Assembly (NCBI RefSeq): GCF_000143415.4
Contig: NW_003314288.1
Location: forward strand, 270,002 to 334,001
Length of the DNA: 64,000 bases
Direction of reading: 5' to 3'
DNA from: Selaginella moellendorffii
Taxonomy: Eukaryota > Plantae > Lycopodiophyta
Positions 1 to 11,800 of this stretch are shown here, one piece after another. Each line of letters begins with the position of its first letter. The first letter of the stretch is position 1. The notes under the pieces were generated by a model. The model was not told the DNA's origin. It searched no databases and was given only the letters and a program-made list of their open reading frames with translations. The position numbers and the translations under genes are program-made.

Positions 1-173
1 CGCCAGACCCAACCCCTCGGGCAACGGTGGCAACTATTGTCATACCAATACCACCCCGACTGGCAGCGCTGGGCAGCAGCCTTTGCGATTCCTCCCACGT
101 CCACGCCCATGGCCAGCATCATCACAAACATGGCGAGCGCCAAAAACAACACCAACAAAGCCTTGTTCTCCAT
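1..173 (-). CDS. Small secreted cysteine-rich peptide (3' end runs off the window)
   Basis: Hand translation from ATG at 173: MENKALLVLFLALAMFVMMLAMGVDVGGIAKAAAQRCQSGWYWYDNSCHRCPRGWVW... Hydrophobic signal peptide, AAA/Q cleavage-like site, Cys/Trp-rich mature part. Not in the ORF track. Confidence 0.7.
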   Translation of the reverse strand, partial: MENKALLVLFLALAMFVMMLAMGVDVGGIAKAAAQRCQSGWYWYDNSCHRCPRGWVW

Positions 174-235
174 GATTTGCTGACAGACTAAGAGAAGAGA
201 GAAGTGGTTTGATCTGTGAGGCAGGAGGGGCTCAT

Positions 236-242
236 ATTTATA
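236..242 (-). promoter_or_regulatory. TATA box of the Cys-rich peptide gene
   Basis: TATAAAT on the minus strand about 63 bp upstream of the ATG at 173. Confidence 0.5.
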
Positions 243-1449
243 GCTCGAGGCAGCACACAATGCTTTAATGGATTCTACAGAGTTGTCTTGGGACGGCATC
301 GGTTGGTCCTTATACTGCTGGGATCCACATAATATCTCATGCGCTCTCCAACCCTTCAAATGAGGGTCCTTACATGATTTGTTTACACTCTAGCTCAACA
401 AAATCGCCATTCCTCTTCTACCGTTGCTAAAATTTAACAAGCTCATACTACAAGCTTGGAGATAGAGAAAGCCATGGAATTTAGCTCGAAAGATCCTAGC
501 GTTTGAAGCGACACGAGTTCTTGTAAGACCTTCGGCCTGTGTATGGGCTGGAGTTGTTGACACTCTTCAGTTATGTCGTCTCTTTGTCTCCATGCTCTCT
601 CGGTCATCTGTCCATACTGCTATGACTGAATCTCAGTGATTAGCGGCGTCTATTCATCAGCACCACCAACAGTGGCAGCAGCAGCATGAGCATGCCTATC
701 GTGGCAGCCCATTTCAATTTTGCCCCCAATTACTTTGCCCAAATCCAACAGAAACTCTCCCTATGCCCTGCAATGCATGGCTGAGGCCAAAGCATATGTC
801 CTATGTGGCATGGTGATTATGGTACTAGGCCTGACCCATCGGACGGAAATGCCACTATCACCCAAGTGGAGAGATTGCAGTAAGTGGATTAACGGTTATG
901 CCTGAGCTCTGAGCCCACCCCAAGCTCCTCCACCCTCTTCGCATTGTCACGAGACAGTGTTTTGTAGCTTTTGCGCGTGGGTATTGGGAGAGTGATTGCT
1001 GGATGGGGATTTTGTTCTCACAACAGATGCCCAGGGTGGCAGTTGCTGATAGTGCAGCTCTTCACTAGTCTTCAAAAAGCAGAGGGGGAGAACAGAGGAC
1101 TTGCTGACCTATATTGGCATAGTCTATTAAGGCATGTGCTGCAAGCACATGTTTGCCAGCACGTGATGCTCCACCATTTTTATAAGGCATCTTGATGCCT
1201 TTTGTGACACTATTAGAGGCCATGCGCATATCCCACCACCTGCTATGAGAGATGGCCAAATTTCCACAATTATGAGGTAGGCAAATGCTGAGAGCTGCAA
1301 CTTATGAAGCCCCTTTGCTTTCCTTGGGTGTTGAGAGCTTTTTGCCACTGTCTAGACAACCAGGAAACATCTTTGATTTTGAGGGGAATATGAGAGACTT
1401 AGCTCTAAATGCCCTCTTTCTCCTGGCAAATGGTGGTCTACAGCTAGTG

Positions 1450-3000
1450 GGGGTATGTGACAATGCCTAGTGTGCATCTCTAGCACCAGCTGCCATGTGG
1501 TATGTCATGTAACAACACAACATCAATTGGGTCATCCAAACTATTGTAGTCTACTTGACCACTAGAAGCTTGGAGAATGAGAGGCATAGTTTCAGCAATT
1601 AGTCACTCTAGGGATTTGATGGGAATTATGCGAGTTTTGTATGGAATGACATTTATGTATCCTCATGAAATGTATCAAACTAAGTTGTATAACTAGCCAC
1701 TGAATCATTAGAAATGGATTTAGGTGATCTAAGAAGAAAATAAGATCATTGAAGATGCAAATTATATATTGTAAAGAATATTGAGTGCTTTGTGAATTTA
1801 TGTTGGGAGTTATAGGCAAACTTTGCAGAATATTGATGAGAGATAAATAATAAAGATATTATTCCAATGTCTAGATTGTACACTCCAATTATTCATCTAT
1901 TTGAGGATGATGGGAGGTGGAAATCTTACTTGTATTATAGAGTAATTGAAGTATTTATTGCCAAAAGTTGGAGATGAAATATAGTCATAAATCACTTACA
2001 AAATCATTAGATAATCTATAGAGACAAAAAATACATATGTTAAATATACAATAGTGAAAGTTTTGTAAATGATTTGATGTTTTACTAGTGAATGTGAACT
2101 GTTTTTCCAAAATGACACACTTATTGCTTTGCAAAATAGTGGTAGATTTGTTAAAATAAATTGTCAAAACCCTAAAGTTACAGAAAGCATGTTGAAGCAT
2201 ATTGAAAGATTATGAATAAACTCCTTTTATGCATTGACACATACAAAGCCACTAAAATAGATGTTGAGCAACATCAATAGTTTTACATACCTCAAAATAA
2301 CCTATGAGGGGAGTGTAATGGCATGATTGAATAATATATAATTATTTTCAAAGACATAAAGCTATGTGTAATGATGTAGGAGATCATCCCAAAATTGAAT
2401 AAAACAAAAATCTCTATATTGTATAAGCAAATCACTAAGTTGAAGATGCCCACAAACTTCATGAACAAATAAATCTATCAATTAATCCTCACAAATTATT
2501 GTTTGTAAAGAATAGTTTATTGGTGTAGAAATTTGAGAAAAAAATCTATGTTTTGTCACAGATAACTTATTTTCTTCTCTTTTGCTCTGTCCAGTTGGAG
2601 ATTTGCACAGAGATTTATGTCAGACCAAGAGAGCATTGAGAGTGGTTGGAGTTTTATCCGACGATGAACAAGATAATTGGACTGGAGGCACCACTGTTAA
2701 GTCACACTATCTAATCAAGTTGATTTAGAACTAAGAGGAGTCAAGTAAAAGTTGCTTTTGAAGTTCAAAAACTAAAGTAAGAGCAAGGTAATTGTGTCAG
2801 GTCTTTACCATTCATTTGCCTAGATGATGAATAGTGATAACAATAGATTAAGGATTGAGACTAGCATACTTGGCAACAATTGAGGACAAAAGATGAGCAT
2901 TAATACTCCAAATTTTTATAATCAGTAAAGATTATCATAACATGTGTATCACCCTTCAAGAAGTATTGTCAATCCTTAAAGCATTCAACAATGACTGACA
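1450..3000 (+). mobile_element. Possible very decayed DNA transposase remnant (hAT-like)
   Basis: AT-rich, stop-riddled stretch with only faint resemblance to hAT transposase motifs; no intact ORF or termini found. Confidence 0.25.
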
Positions 3001-4465
3001 ACTCTTTGTTAAAGATGTTATAATTAATTTTAACTATAGAATATTTATGGAAAGCAATTGCAAGTGCAAAAAGGGATAAGATATTAATATTAATATTGGA
3101 GCTCAGCTAAGAATATTTTAAAGCCTAAGGTGTTCCAGCCCTAAATCCCTCAAGCCAATTGATACATAAATACATATCCATGATGACAGTAGCTGTAAGA
3201 GGTCTTCCGAAAGGATCTTCACTAGGTTGTGAGCAAAGAAAAATGCTCAAAAAGCAGGTCGTGAGGATGTTTGGTTCCATACCAAAACAAGTCTCTGGAT
3301 GACTGAAAGAGTATGGGAACAAAAAGATTGTAAAGAGAACAAACAATATAAGTATTTCCTAAAGGAATACCATAATGGGTAACTCATCCTTGAGCTTTCC
3401 ACTTGAATTCTCTCTTTGAGCCTATTATGGAGGTTAACAACCAAGTATTTTATTAGACAAATTTGTTACTTCCAAAAACTTACAGTTTGGTATTGTTCCC
3501 TTTCTTTTTCTAGAGAAGAACAAACAAGTTAGCATACCCTTGTACTATGCAATGTTACTATAGTTATTAATTTCCTTATGATGGAAGTTGCTTCTTATAT
3601 ATGATTGTTTTTATATGCTCTTACTTTCTTTCTTTTTGGGTATTTGTATTTCTAAACAGTTCTTTCTCATAAGAGTTTTTCTTCTTAATATGTTTGTTTT
3701 ATTATTATTTTCAGTTTTGTAAGATCTTGATTATTCTCATTTTATTTCTCATGCATATAGGTTATTAGTAAGCAGTGATTGTTTGTATAAGAGTGATTCT
3801 GAGATGTTTAGAGTATTCAAGCTGTGTGACTATGGATAAGTTAGCTTGAACATCACGTATCTAAACTTGCAAGTGGTCTTGCTTTAGTTTCCATGAGAGC
3901 TAAATGGATATATAAATAGTATTTTGAATGAAGACCACAAATAACTGCAGAGATGAAAGTTTGCCAGTGGTGTTGAGTTGTCGCTGAGAAATACGAAATA
4001 CAAACTTGTTAGCTGAAATTGCTTGATACAAGAGTAAAAAGGATCTTGCTTATCGGCAATCCAGAGTGGCCCGTGCCACATTCATAGCCTCCTCCACCCT
4101 CTGTATCTCTTTCATATGCTTCTGCCATTTCCTTTACAGATTCCTTGGCGCCAAGCCTCTCCCAAACTAAGAGAAACAAGCTTTTCCCCTCAACCCTAAA
4201 CCCGCCTTGAAAGTTAGTCAAGGAAATAGTTCCGTGTTTGTTTGCTGGGACATACAGAATAAAGTTTGCAACGTGAAGAAAGTAAAATGACCCAAGGAAA
4301 GCTCAGCGTGCCTGGAGTCAAAATCAAGGAAATATCAACGCCTGGACATTTCATGTATATCTCATGCAAGGCGATACAGAAAAGTGTCTTTTATTCTTAT
4401 TTTCATCCATCAAAGGCAATTACGATGCTGATTCTTAACTGGCTTACCTCCTGAAACCTCCGGTT

Positions 4466-4640
4466 TCAGTTGCCCCAGCAACGATTGTTGCAACCCCTCT
4501 GGCAACGGTGACAAGTATTGTCATACCAATACCACCCCGACTGGCAGCGCTGGGCAGCAGCCTTTGCAATTTCTCCCACGTCCACGCCTATGGCCAGCAT
4601 CATCACAAACATGGTGAGAGCACCAAAAGCAACACCAAGA
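4466..4640 (-). pseudogene. 5'-truncated paralog of the Cys-rich peptide at 1-173
   Basis: 4490-4640 closely matches 10-160. It reads MFVMMLAIGVDVGEIAKAAAQRCQSGWYWYDNTCHRCQRGCNNRCWGN* (ATG 4612, TGA 4466-4468). There is a 2-nt insertion in the signal-peptide region and the original ATG is lost. Confidence 0.65.
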
Positions 4641-4713
4641 ACTCTTCTGCCAAAACTTTACAAGAGTTTAACTCAAAGTTCTATAGAACTTCGAGGGTAT
4701 ACTAGACACGAAC

Positions 4714-6600
4714 CTAGGATATACTGTTTGAAAGCAATACATACGCTCCGGAGTTCTTGTCCTCCATTTCGACCACAGACTCTGTAAGACCCTCGGCCCA
4801 CTTCAAGTCACCCGCAACACTACATGCTGCAAGCAAAGTGGTAAATGCTACATCGTCTCTTCTCACCGGCATGCTCTTGACAATCTCTTGGGCATTCCAG
4901 AGCTGCCCAGCACGCCCAAACAGATCGATCACGCAGCAGTAGTGATCAGCAACGGGAGCAATCCCCCAGTCGTCCCTCATGATCAGAAAGTGGTCTATGC
5001 TACTTAGCAGCCATCCGGCATGGCTGCAACAATTAAGAACATGAATGAAAGTGATATCATTTGGCGTATGGCCCTCGAGAACCATGGCATGAAACAGTTC
5101 AAGGGCTTCTTTTGCATGGCCAGATTTCACGTAGGCCTGCATTATCGAGTTCCAGGTCACCCTGCTCTTCTCCACGGACGAGTCAAACAAGAACTTGGCT
5201 TGTGATATATGCCCTCGTTGGGCATATGCCCCCATCATGGTTGTTAATGACAATGGGTTGTGTTCTGGAACGTTCTCAAAGATCCGCCTTGCCTTGTCCA
5301 TATGCCCAGATTGGGTATATCCCACAATCAGCGTGTTAGCAGCGTTAATTTGCCGCTGGGGCATCTCCTTGTAAATCCTTTCGGCCTCGTCAAAATGCCC
5401 CTTTTGAGAATATGTGTGGAGAAAGCCAGTCCACGACAGTGCGTTATGCTTTGGCATTCGCTCAAAGATCTTGATAGCGTCTTTCAGTTTTCCATCTTGG
5501 GCGTAACATTCAAGCATGAGATTGCAACAAATTACATCGCGATCGGGTATGGAAGCAAACATCCTTTCAACCTCGGAATAATTCCCTCTTTGGGCATATG
5601 CACCCATCATGGAAGTTGACGACCAAAGGTTCCACAGCGGCATTTTCTTAAACATCTCTTCTGCTTCCAAAATCTTGCCATTGTTGGCGTAAGCCACAAT
5701 CACTGTCGCCCATGACACCAGATCCTTGAAGTTGATCTCCTCAAAGATCCTTCTCGCATCATCAAGATGCCCACTCTGGCCATTTGCTTGGATCATCGCG
5801 GTCGAAGCCATGGTGTCCCTCTCCGGAATCCTTCGAAAAATATCTCGCGCTCGATCAAAATCACACAAATCCACGTACGACTGTAGAGCCGTGTTCCACG
5901 AAACAATGTCCCATTCGGGCATCCTCTCTAGCATCGCGGTGGCCTCCTCGTCAAGACCCCCCTGGACGTATCCCTGGACGAGTGAATTCCACGCGACCAA
6001 GCTCTTCTCGGGCAATCCATCAAAGAGACTCTTCGCGTCTTCCACAAGGCCGTGCTGGGCAAATGCCGCAACCATGGTAGCACTCGCCATGGTGTCCCTC
6101 TTGGGCATCCGGTGGAAGGATCTCCACGACTCCTCAAGCCGGCCATAGTGTGCAAAGTAAAGAACCAGCGTCGTCCACGAGATCACGTCCCGGCGGGGGG
6201 TCCGATCGAAGAGCTCCTTGGCCTCGGCAAGATGCCCTTGCTGGGCATAAGCGCGTGCCATGCCATTCCAAGTGACAGTATCCTTCTCGGGCATTCGATC
6301 AAAGAGATCGCGGGCTTGGACGATTTGGCCGTGCTGAGAGTGAGCAGCGATCATGAGAGTCGAGGAAAACTTGTTTGGATCCGGGATGGAGTCGAAGATG
6401 CGGCGGGCATCCGCAACACTGCCGCACTTGCCATACATCTCAACGAGGAGATTGGCGAGGAAGCGGTCGTGCCTGAACTGCGAGGCTTGGATCTGTGCGT
6501 GGATGGCGATGGCACGCTGGAGATCTCTGGGGCTGCTGCAAGAGCGCACGAGCTGGGCGTATCCATGTTTGTTACTACACAAGTCAGTCACTTTTGGCAT
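4714..6600 (-). CDS. PLS-class pentatricopeptide repeat protein with tandem short (S/SS) motifs and an E domain
   Basis: Long intronless ORF with ~31-aa repeats (e.g. DVISWTTLV..FA..G..EE....F.RMP), then P2-L2-S2 (CSHAGW, HYCCVIDLFGRAG) and E domain (FTTLLAAC, AYVLLSN). First ATG at 6600; the track extends to 6633 from a non-ATG codon. Confidence 0.93.
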   Translation of the reverse strand: MPKVTDLCSNKHGYAQLVRSCSSPRDLQRAIAIHAQIQASQFRHDRFLANLLVEMYGKCGSVADARRIFDSIPDPNKFSSTLMIAAHSQHGQIVQARDLFDRMPEKDTVTWNGMARAYAQQGHLAEAKELFDRTPRRDVISWTTLVLYFAHYGRLEESWRSFHRMPKRDTMASATMVAAFAQHGLVEDAKSLFDGLPEKSLVAWNSLVQGYVQGGLDEEATAMLERMPEWDIVSWNTALQSYVDLCDFDRARDIFRRIPERDTMASTAMIQANGQSGHLDDARRIFEEINFKDLVSWATVIVAYANNGKILEAEEMFKKMPLWNLWSSTSMMGAYAQRGNYSEVERMFASIPDRDVICCNLMLECYAQDGKLKDAIKIFERMPKHNALSWTGFLHTYSQKGHFDEAERIYKEMPQRQINAANTLIVGYTQSGHMDKARRIFENVPEHNPLSLTTMMGAYAQRGHISQAKFLFDSSVEKSRVTWNSIMQAYVKSGHAKEALELFHAMVLEGHTPNDITFIHVLNCCSHAGWLLSSIDHFLIMRDDWGIAPVADHYCCVIDLFGRAGQLWNAQEIVKSMPVRRDDVAFTTLLAACSVAGDLKWAEGLTESVVEMEDKNSGAYVLLSNSIS

Positions 6601-6853
6601 ATCACAAATAACTACTACTACAGAAATTAACAATCACTTTTTGCATTTCACAAAGAATTTCATTTACTATATGCTATATGTATAAATTGGCATGTCACAA
6701 AGAACCTTGTAACGAACATTTTTCATTTTGCAAAACTCAAGTTTTCACAAGAACTCTTCATGGTTTTCCAGATAAGAACGATAAGAATGACAGTACTATT
6801 ATTGACACAACCCAAAAGCAAGTAGCAAACAAAACTATCTCGGATGGATGGAC

Positions 6854-7285
6854 TCAAGCTCCAACTTCTCGCGCGACTTCTCTGGCCTTCTCGCTGACAT
6901 GCGACGCAGTATCGGCGATTTTGTGCTTGACAGCGTCGATCTTGTCAGCTCCCACCGGGTGCCTGCCTTTGACGTAGTTGTAGAGCCATGCAACCGCGGA
7001 GCACGCGGTCACGAAGGCCGCGCTGAGCGACACGAATCCTCCGGTGCCGACTGCAACGATCCCAGCCAGCGGCACCAGGATCGGGCTGAAGAGGATGAAG
7101 AGCGGCGTCGCGAGAGCCAGCGAGAGGCCAGCACCGGCCAGAGTGATGCCACCGAGAACTAGAACGATGAGCGCAGCCGTGAGGAGGAGGACTATCCCGA
7201 GCAGCTGGCGGGAATTCGGCGCGCGCTCCCTCAGCCGGCTCATGATGCGGCGAGCTTGCTGCTTTGCTTGATCCTGATCTGCCAT
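6854..7285 (-). CDS. Oleosin
   Basis: 143 aa with a long central hydrophobic hairpin, proline knot PLFILFSPILVP and oleosin C-terminal WLYNYVKGRHPVGADKID. Confidence 0.95.
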   Translation of the reverse strand: MADQDQAKQQARRIMSRLRERAPNSRQLLGIVLLLTAALIVLVLGGITLAGAGLSLALATPLFILFSPILVPLAGIVAVGTGGFVSLSAAFVTACSAVAWLYNYVKGRHPVGADKIDAVKHKIADTASHVSEKAREVAREVGA

Positions 7286-7380
7286 CTCTGGCTCGAAGAA
7301 CGAACGATGAAATGAATCACTTGCCTGTCCCTAGAAACGAGTGAACTTCTTTTGAGCTTGAAAAACCGAGCTTCTGACCT

Positions 7381-7402
7381 GACACTTGGCATGACCACGT
7401 GG
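7381..7402. promoter_or_regulatory. G-box/ABRE (CCACGTGG) plus an E-box-like GACACTTGGC upstream of oleosin
   Basis: CCACGTGG at 7395-7402, about 110 bp upstream of the oleosin ATG; ABREs are typical of oleosin/LEA promoters. Confidence 0.55.
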
Positions 7403-7416
7403 ACCTCGCTTCGTTT

Positions 7417-8681
7417 TTACGAGCGGTTCTTCTTCTTATTTTTAAACTTACCCTGCAAGGCAAAAGAGAAAAACTCGTTTAGCGATAGATAGATGTTTCA
7501 TTCCTTACCTTAAGTTTCTTTACGCGAAGCTTGCCGCTAGCTTTGGATTTTTTGAGCTTCTTGGAGCGAGATGGTTGATCGCCATCGTCCTCGGTAAAGG
7601 CCAAGCCAGCAACATCGTCGGTGAAATCATCCATCAGCCCCTGGAGCCTGTAACTCAAATCCAGAAGCGTTACAGAGAAAAACTCGCGATAGCTCTGGAG
7701 CTTACCCGTTTCGAGAACGCTTTAAGCGTGTCAATCTCTTGCGTTCCACCTTGGACAGAGGAACACGAGTAAACATGTCTTCCTCTTGCTTTGCGCGCGC
7801 GTCCAGCCTCGCCATCTCTCGCTGGAACTGCTTGCTTTCAGCCCCGAGCGAATGCTGGATCTGTGGCAAGAGAAAAACTTTCAACTCACAGGCAACACCG
7901 AGGTTAATGCTTACCTCTTCAGGCCTTCCTTCGAGATCATCCACCATAGATTTGATGTACGAGCTTCGTGAAGCTCGACGCTGCTCTTCCCTTTCGGCTC
8001 GCTGCCTCGTCCTTTTGTCCTTGGCACTCTCTTTCTCGTCCATAGCCGTGGGAGCGATCTTCGGTGGCTTGTAAACGCCACCATTTCCCTACAGAGCAAA
8101 CCGTGATCTTGACAAACACGAGAAAAGAAAACCATGATCTTCGTACCTCCATGTCTTCCTCGATTTTGGAAACGAGCAAGTCTGGATTAGGCCTGTACTT
8201 TAGATCGTCTTTCTCAGCGGCCAGGTACTGATCGCTAGCCGGTGCTGTGGCTTGCTTGAGAAGCTTGTCGATTTGATACTGTAGCTTCTTGTCAATGGGA
8301 CGGATCTGCAAAAACCAGTTTTTATTCTCATATGCTCGAAGCTATTCTTACCTTCTCCAAGAACAAACGAATTTCGGCAAGACGCTGGATGACAGGATGC
8401 TCGGAAAGATCGCATTTCCCTTCGGCTCTCAACAGGATCAAAAACACGAGATGCTGGCAGTAGCTCGATAGAAGCAAATGCTTCACTTCTAGGTAGCCGA
8501 TTCCATCCTTCGTTTGATTCTCCCCTTCTCTCACCTGAAAGGAACTAAGTCATCCAAATGAAAGAACTAGACACTAGAAATCCAATGCCTTGATCGCCAT
8601 TTCCCGCGATTTCTTCTGCAGCTCCTCCAGGCCCTCTCTCATTTCGGCCTCCGGGCGCGCGACCGCCGCCCCTTTTTCCAT
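7417..8681 (-). CDS. NGDN: Neuroguidin / Lcp5-like SSU processome protein (Sas10/Utp3/C1D domain), multi-exon
   Basis: Exons give MEKGAAVARPE..., GIGYLEVKHLLLSSYC, IRLFLEK/IRPIDKKLQYQIDKLL, KYRPNPDLL, YKPPKIAP, EEDMFTRVPLSK and a Lys-rich end (KNKKKNRS*, stop 7417-7419). Introns are about 50-60 nt. Confidence 0.88.
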
Positions 8682-8899
8682 GAAAGGGCGCTAGAACCCT
8701 AAATCCCCGAGCCTGCGAATATTTTAAGGAATCAAATATAGTAGTAGTTTTAGGGTTAAAGGGACAGGGATGGGGTTTCACGAATGGTAGCTGGATTCGG
8801 ATGCTGCAAAAGGTGGGCCGCGTAGATCTAGCGCGAAATCTCTGCCTAGAATCGAAGATCCATGTAATTCGGCGCTCGGGAGCACGCTAGATTCCACAA
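8682..8899. promoter_or_regulatory. Short bidirectional promoter with telo-box-like motifs
   Basis: 218 bp between divergent ATGs; contains AACCCTAAA (~8695) and TTTAGGGTT (~8749). Confidence 0.5.
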
Positions 8900-11800
8900 A
8901 TGGAGACCAGAGTTTCCGAGGTGAGCTGGAACAGCCTCGACAGCCTCGTCTCGGGCGATGATCCGAGTGGATTCGGCTCCTTCTCGGACTTCCTGGCACA
9001 GGCGGATCAAGATGCCGCGGCACGCCCTTTAGATCCGGAGGAGAAGAGTGGGAACAGCGGCAAGGAGGAGGGAAATATCGGTTTTCCAGTGGCTCAAGGC
9101 AACGATGCTTCGTTTGGCTATCAGGGAGAGGATTTCTCCCCAAAGGTCCAGAGTGGTCAAGATTTTGGTAGCTACCAGGATTCTCTAGAGGCGTCGTTTG
9201 GCTCTTTGGCGACAAAGGATGCACCGAGTTACGATCCTTTTGTAGCGAAGGGCAGTCAGGAGGTTTTCAACTACCAGGATCCAGCTCCAACACAGGCTGC
9301 CACTACTGAGAGTTTGGGCTTGCAGTCAAGCCAAAATACTCCGGCTGAGAATTCTATCCAAGCTCCAGTTCCTGCCACGACTGAGAGTTTTGGCTACCAG
9401 GCAGGCCAAAATACTTTGCCTCAGAGTTCTTTTAGCAGCCATCTGGGTGGGCAAGACTTTTCCAGTTACCAAGAAGAAACACTGCAATCTTTTCCCCACC
9501 AGACGCATAGCTACCAGAACGCTTCCGGCTACCAAGGGAGCACGGGCCAGCGTTTTCCACAACAGATGTTCGGCTACCAACAAGGCCAGGATTCTTTTCC
9601 AACGCAGCAAACTGGTCAAGAGAGTTTTAGCTACCAGGGCCAGAATTCTTTCCAGTACCAGAATTCCTTTCAACCGCAGATCCCCCTGGAGAATAGAACA
9701 AGTCAAGCGCAGATTTCTCACGGTGGTTTTAGCTATCAAACGGGCCAACCGCAGGTCTCTCACGATAGTCTTAGCTATCAAACGGGACAACCGCAGACTG
9801 CTCAAGGCTACCAAGTTCCCGAGTACCCCGGATGGACTTACAACTACCAAACTGGGCAATGGGAGCAATCAACTTCCGGCTACTATGGGAGTCAGCAGCA
9901 GTTTGGACAAGGTTATGCTAACTACGCTGGAAACAACGGCAGCACACAGGACTATCACTCTTATACTTCTTCTCAGTATCAATTCGGTCAGCCAGCAAAC
10001 TATGCGGTTACGCCTCCCAGGACACAGGAGGAAGCCTTCAGGTCGACTGCGGGAAGACCACCCTGTACTGTGACTGCGTTTGGTTTTGGTGGAAGGTTAG
10101 TGATTATGAAACCAAAGGGAGCCGAACAGGTAATGAAGGAAAGGAACTTTGCAAGTAGTTTGATTGCTAACCCGCGCAAATTTTGTTTCTGCAGTTCTCG
10201 ACTTCGCAGCCATTTCAGATTTTCCAGATGAATCAGCTGGCAGACTTTGGTCTCGGTTACGGGCACAGCAGTGGCCCGCTTGCTGGCAACGCGTCCATGA
10301 AGGACGTGATGAAATGGTTGGACGAGAAGACTATGAAACTGGAAGAGTCTGGTAGCAGTAACCTTGCATCCTTGCGGTATATGTGGGGGGTGCTTAAGAT
10401 TTGCTGCCAACACTACGGCAACCTTCGGTCGACTGTCAATATTGCAGCAATGGGTAGGCAGGTAGAATTTATTTTTTCTTGAGTGTTTTACTAGGAGGAA
10501 TAACTTACTGTCTTTAATCCAGGATGATAACGGACCTGAAGTAGCGCTTGCGAAGCTGCTAGAGCCAAGTAAGAGCGAAGAGTCATGGGCTTTTGGCTCT
10601 CGCTGTCTACAGACAACTCCAACCGAACAGCAAATGCAGGTTGGGCAGTCTTTTTCTCTTGAGTTGATACAAACAAAGACTTTCTGGCGACAGGCAACTG
10701 CATTTGAGGTGAAAAGGCTACTGATTGCCGGAAAGCAGAAAGAGGCTTTACGGGCTGCTCAAGACGGGCAACTTTGGGGATGTGCTCTTCTTATGGCCCG
10801 GCAGCTGGGAGAGAAGGTACCTTGTCTTGTAGCTTTGATGTATAGACCGTTAGTGATGGTCTTGTGGTTTTTAATAGTTCTACACCGACACTATAGCGGA
10901 GATGGCTCAACGTCAGTTTCAACCAGGGTTTCCCCTCCGGACTCTAACTCTTCTTTATGCTGGTCAACATGCCGGAGTGTTCGTAGGGAACACTAATTTG
11001 TCAAACGTAACGGCGCTTCAACCTCAACCGGTTCCAGCGTCCGCTGTAGATGGTGCAACACAGGTGAAATACTTTTATCAAGCTACTCTCTTGCTTAAGG
11101 AGTGCATGTTGACTTGCAGGACGCAGTAGAAGGAATGCTCGAAGAATGGCAGGAAAACCTGGCTATAATGGCAGCTAACCGAACTAATGGGGACGAGAGA
11201 GTGATTATGCATCTTGGTGATTGTCTCTGGAGACATCGAGATGAGGTATATACATGGTCACACGTTGATGTGTCTCATAGTTTTAACTTGCAGATATGTG
11301 GAGCCCATATTTGCTATCTTGTTGCAAATGCTACTTTTGAGCCTTTCTCCCCTTCTGCCAGACTTTGTCTTATAGGTGCCGACCATTGTAAGTATCCACG
11401 CACGTACGCTAGTCCAGAAGCTATCCAGGTAAGCCGTGTTTGTCCTCAATAACAATTGTTAACGTTTTCTTCATCAGCGAACGGAAGTGTACGAATTTGC
11501 AAGAGTGACTGGCAATTCCCAGTTTATTTTACTTCCTTTTCAGCCATACAAGCTTATTTATGCGTCGATGCTTGCTGAAGCTGGAAAGATAAACGAAGCT
11601 TTAAGGTTGGTTGTGATTCTTAACTGTATGCTTCGTTAACACAAGGTTTCTCTTCGAAGGTATTGCCTAGCGGTGTTGAAAACATTGAAAACAGCGGGCC
11701 ATGCAGCTGATGTGTGCAAAGAAGCGGCTGTAGCCTTGGAAGAGCGTCTTCGTATCCACTCTCAGGTTTGTAAGCGGACACTCGGCGTTTATACTCACTT

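Noticed and set aside
4757-6685. Many overlapping plus-strand ORFs over the PPR gene (likewise over SEC16, the DYW gene and the transposases)
   Set aside because: Antisense or alternate-frame shadows of GC-rich coding sequence with no motifs of their own
9100-9990. Repetitive SFxYQ-type units at the start of the 8900 ORF
   Set aside because: Expected low-complexity N-terminus of SEC16
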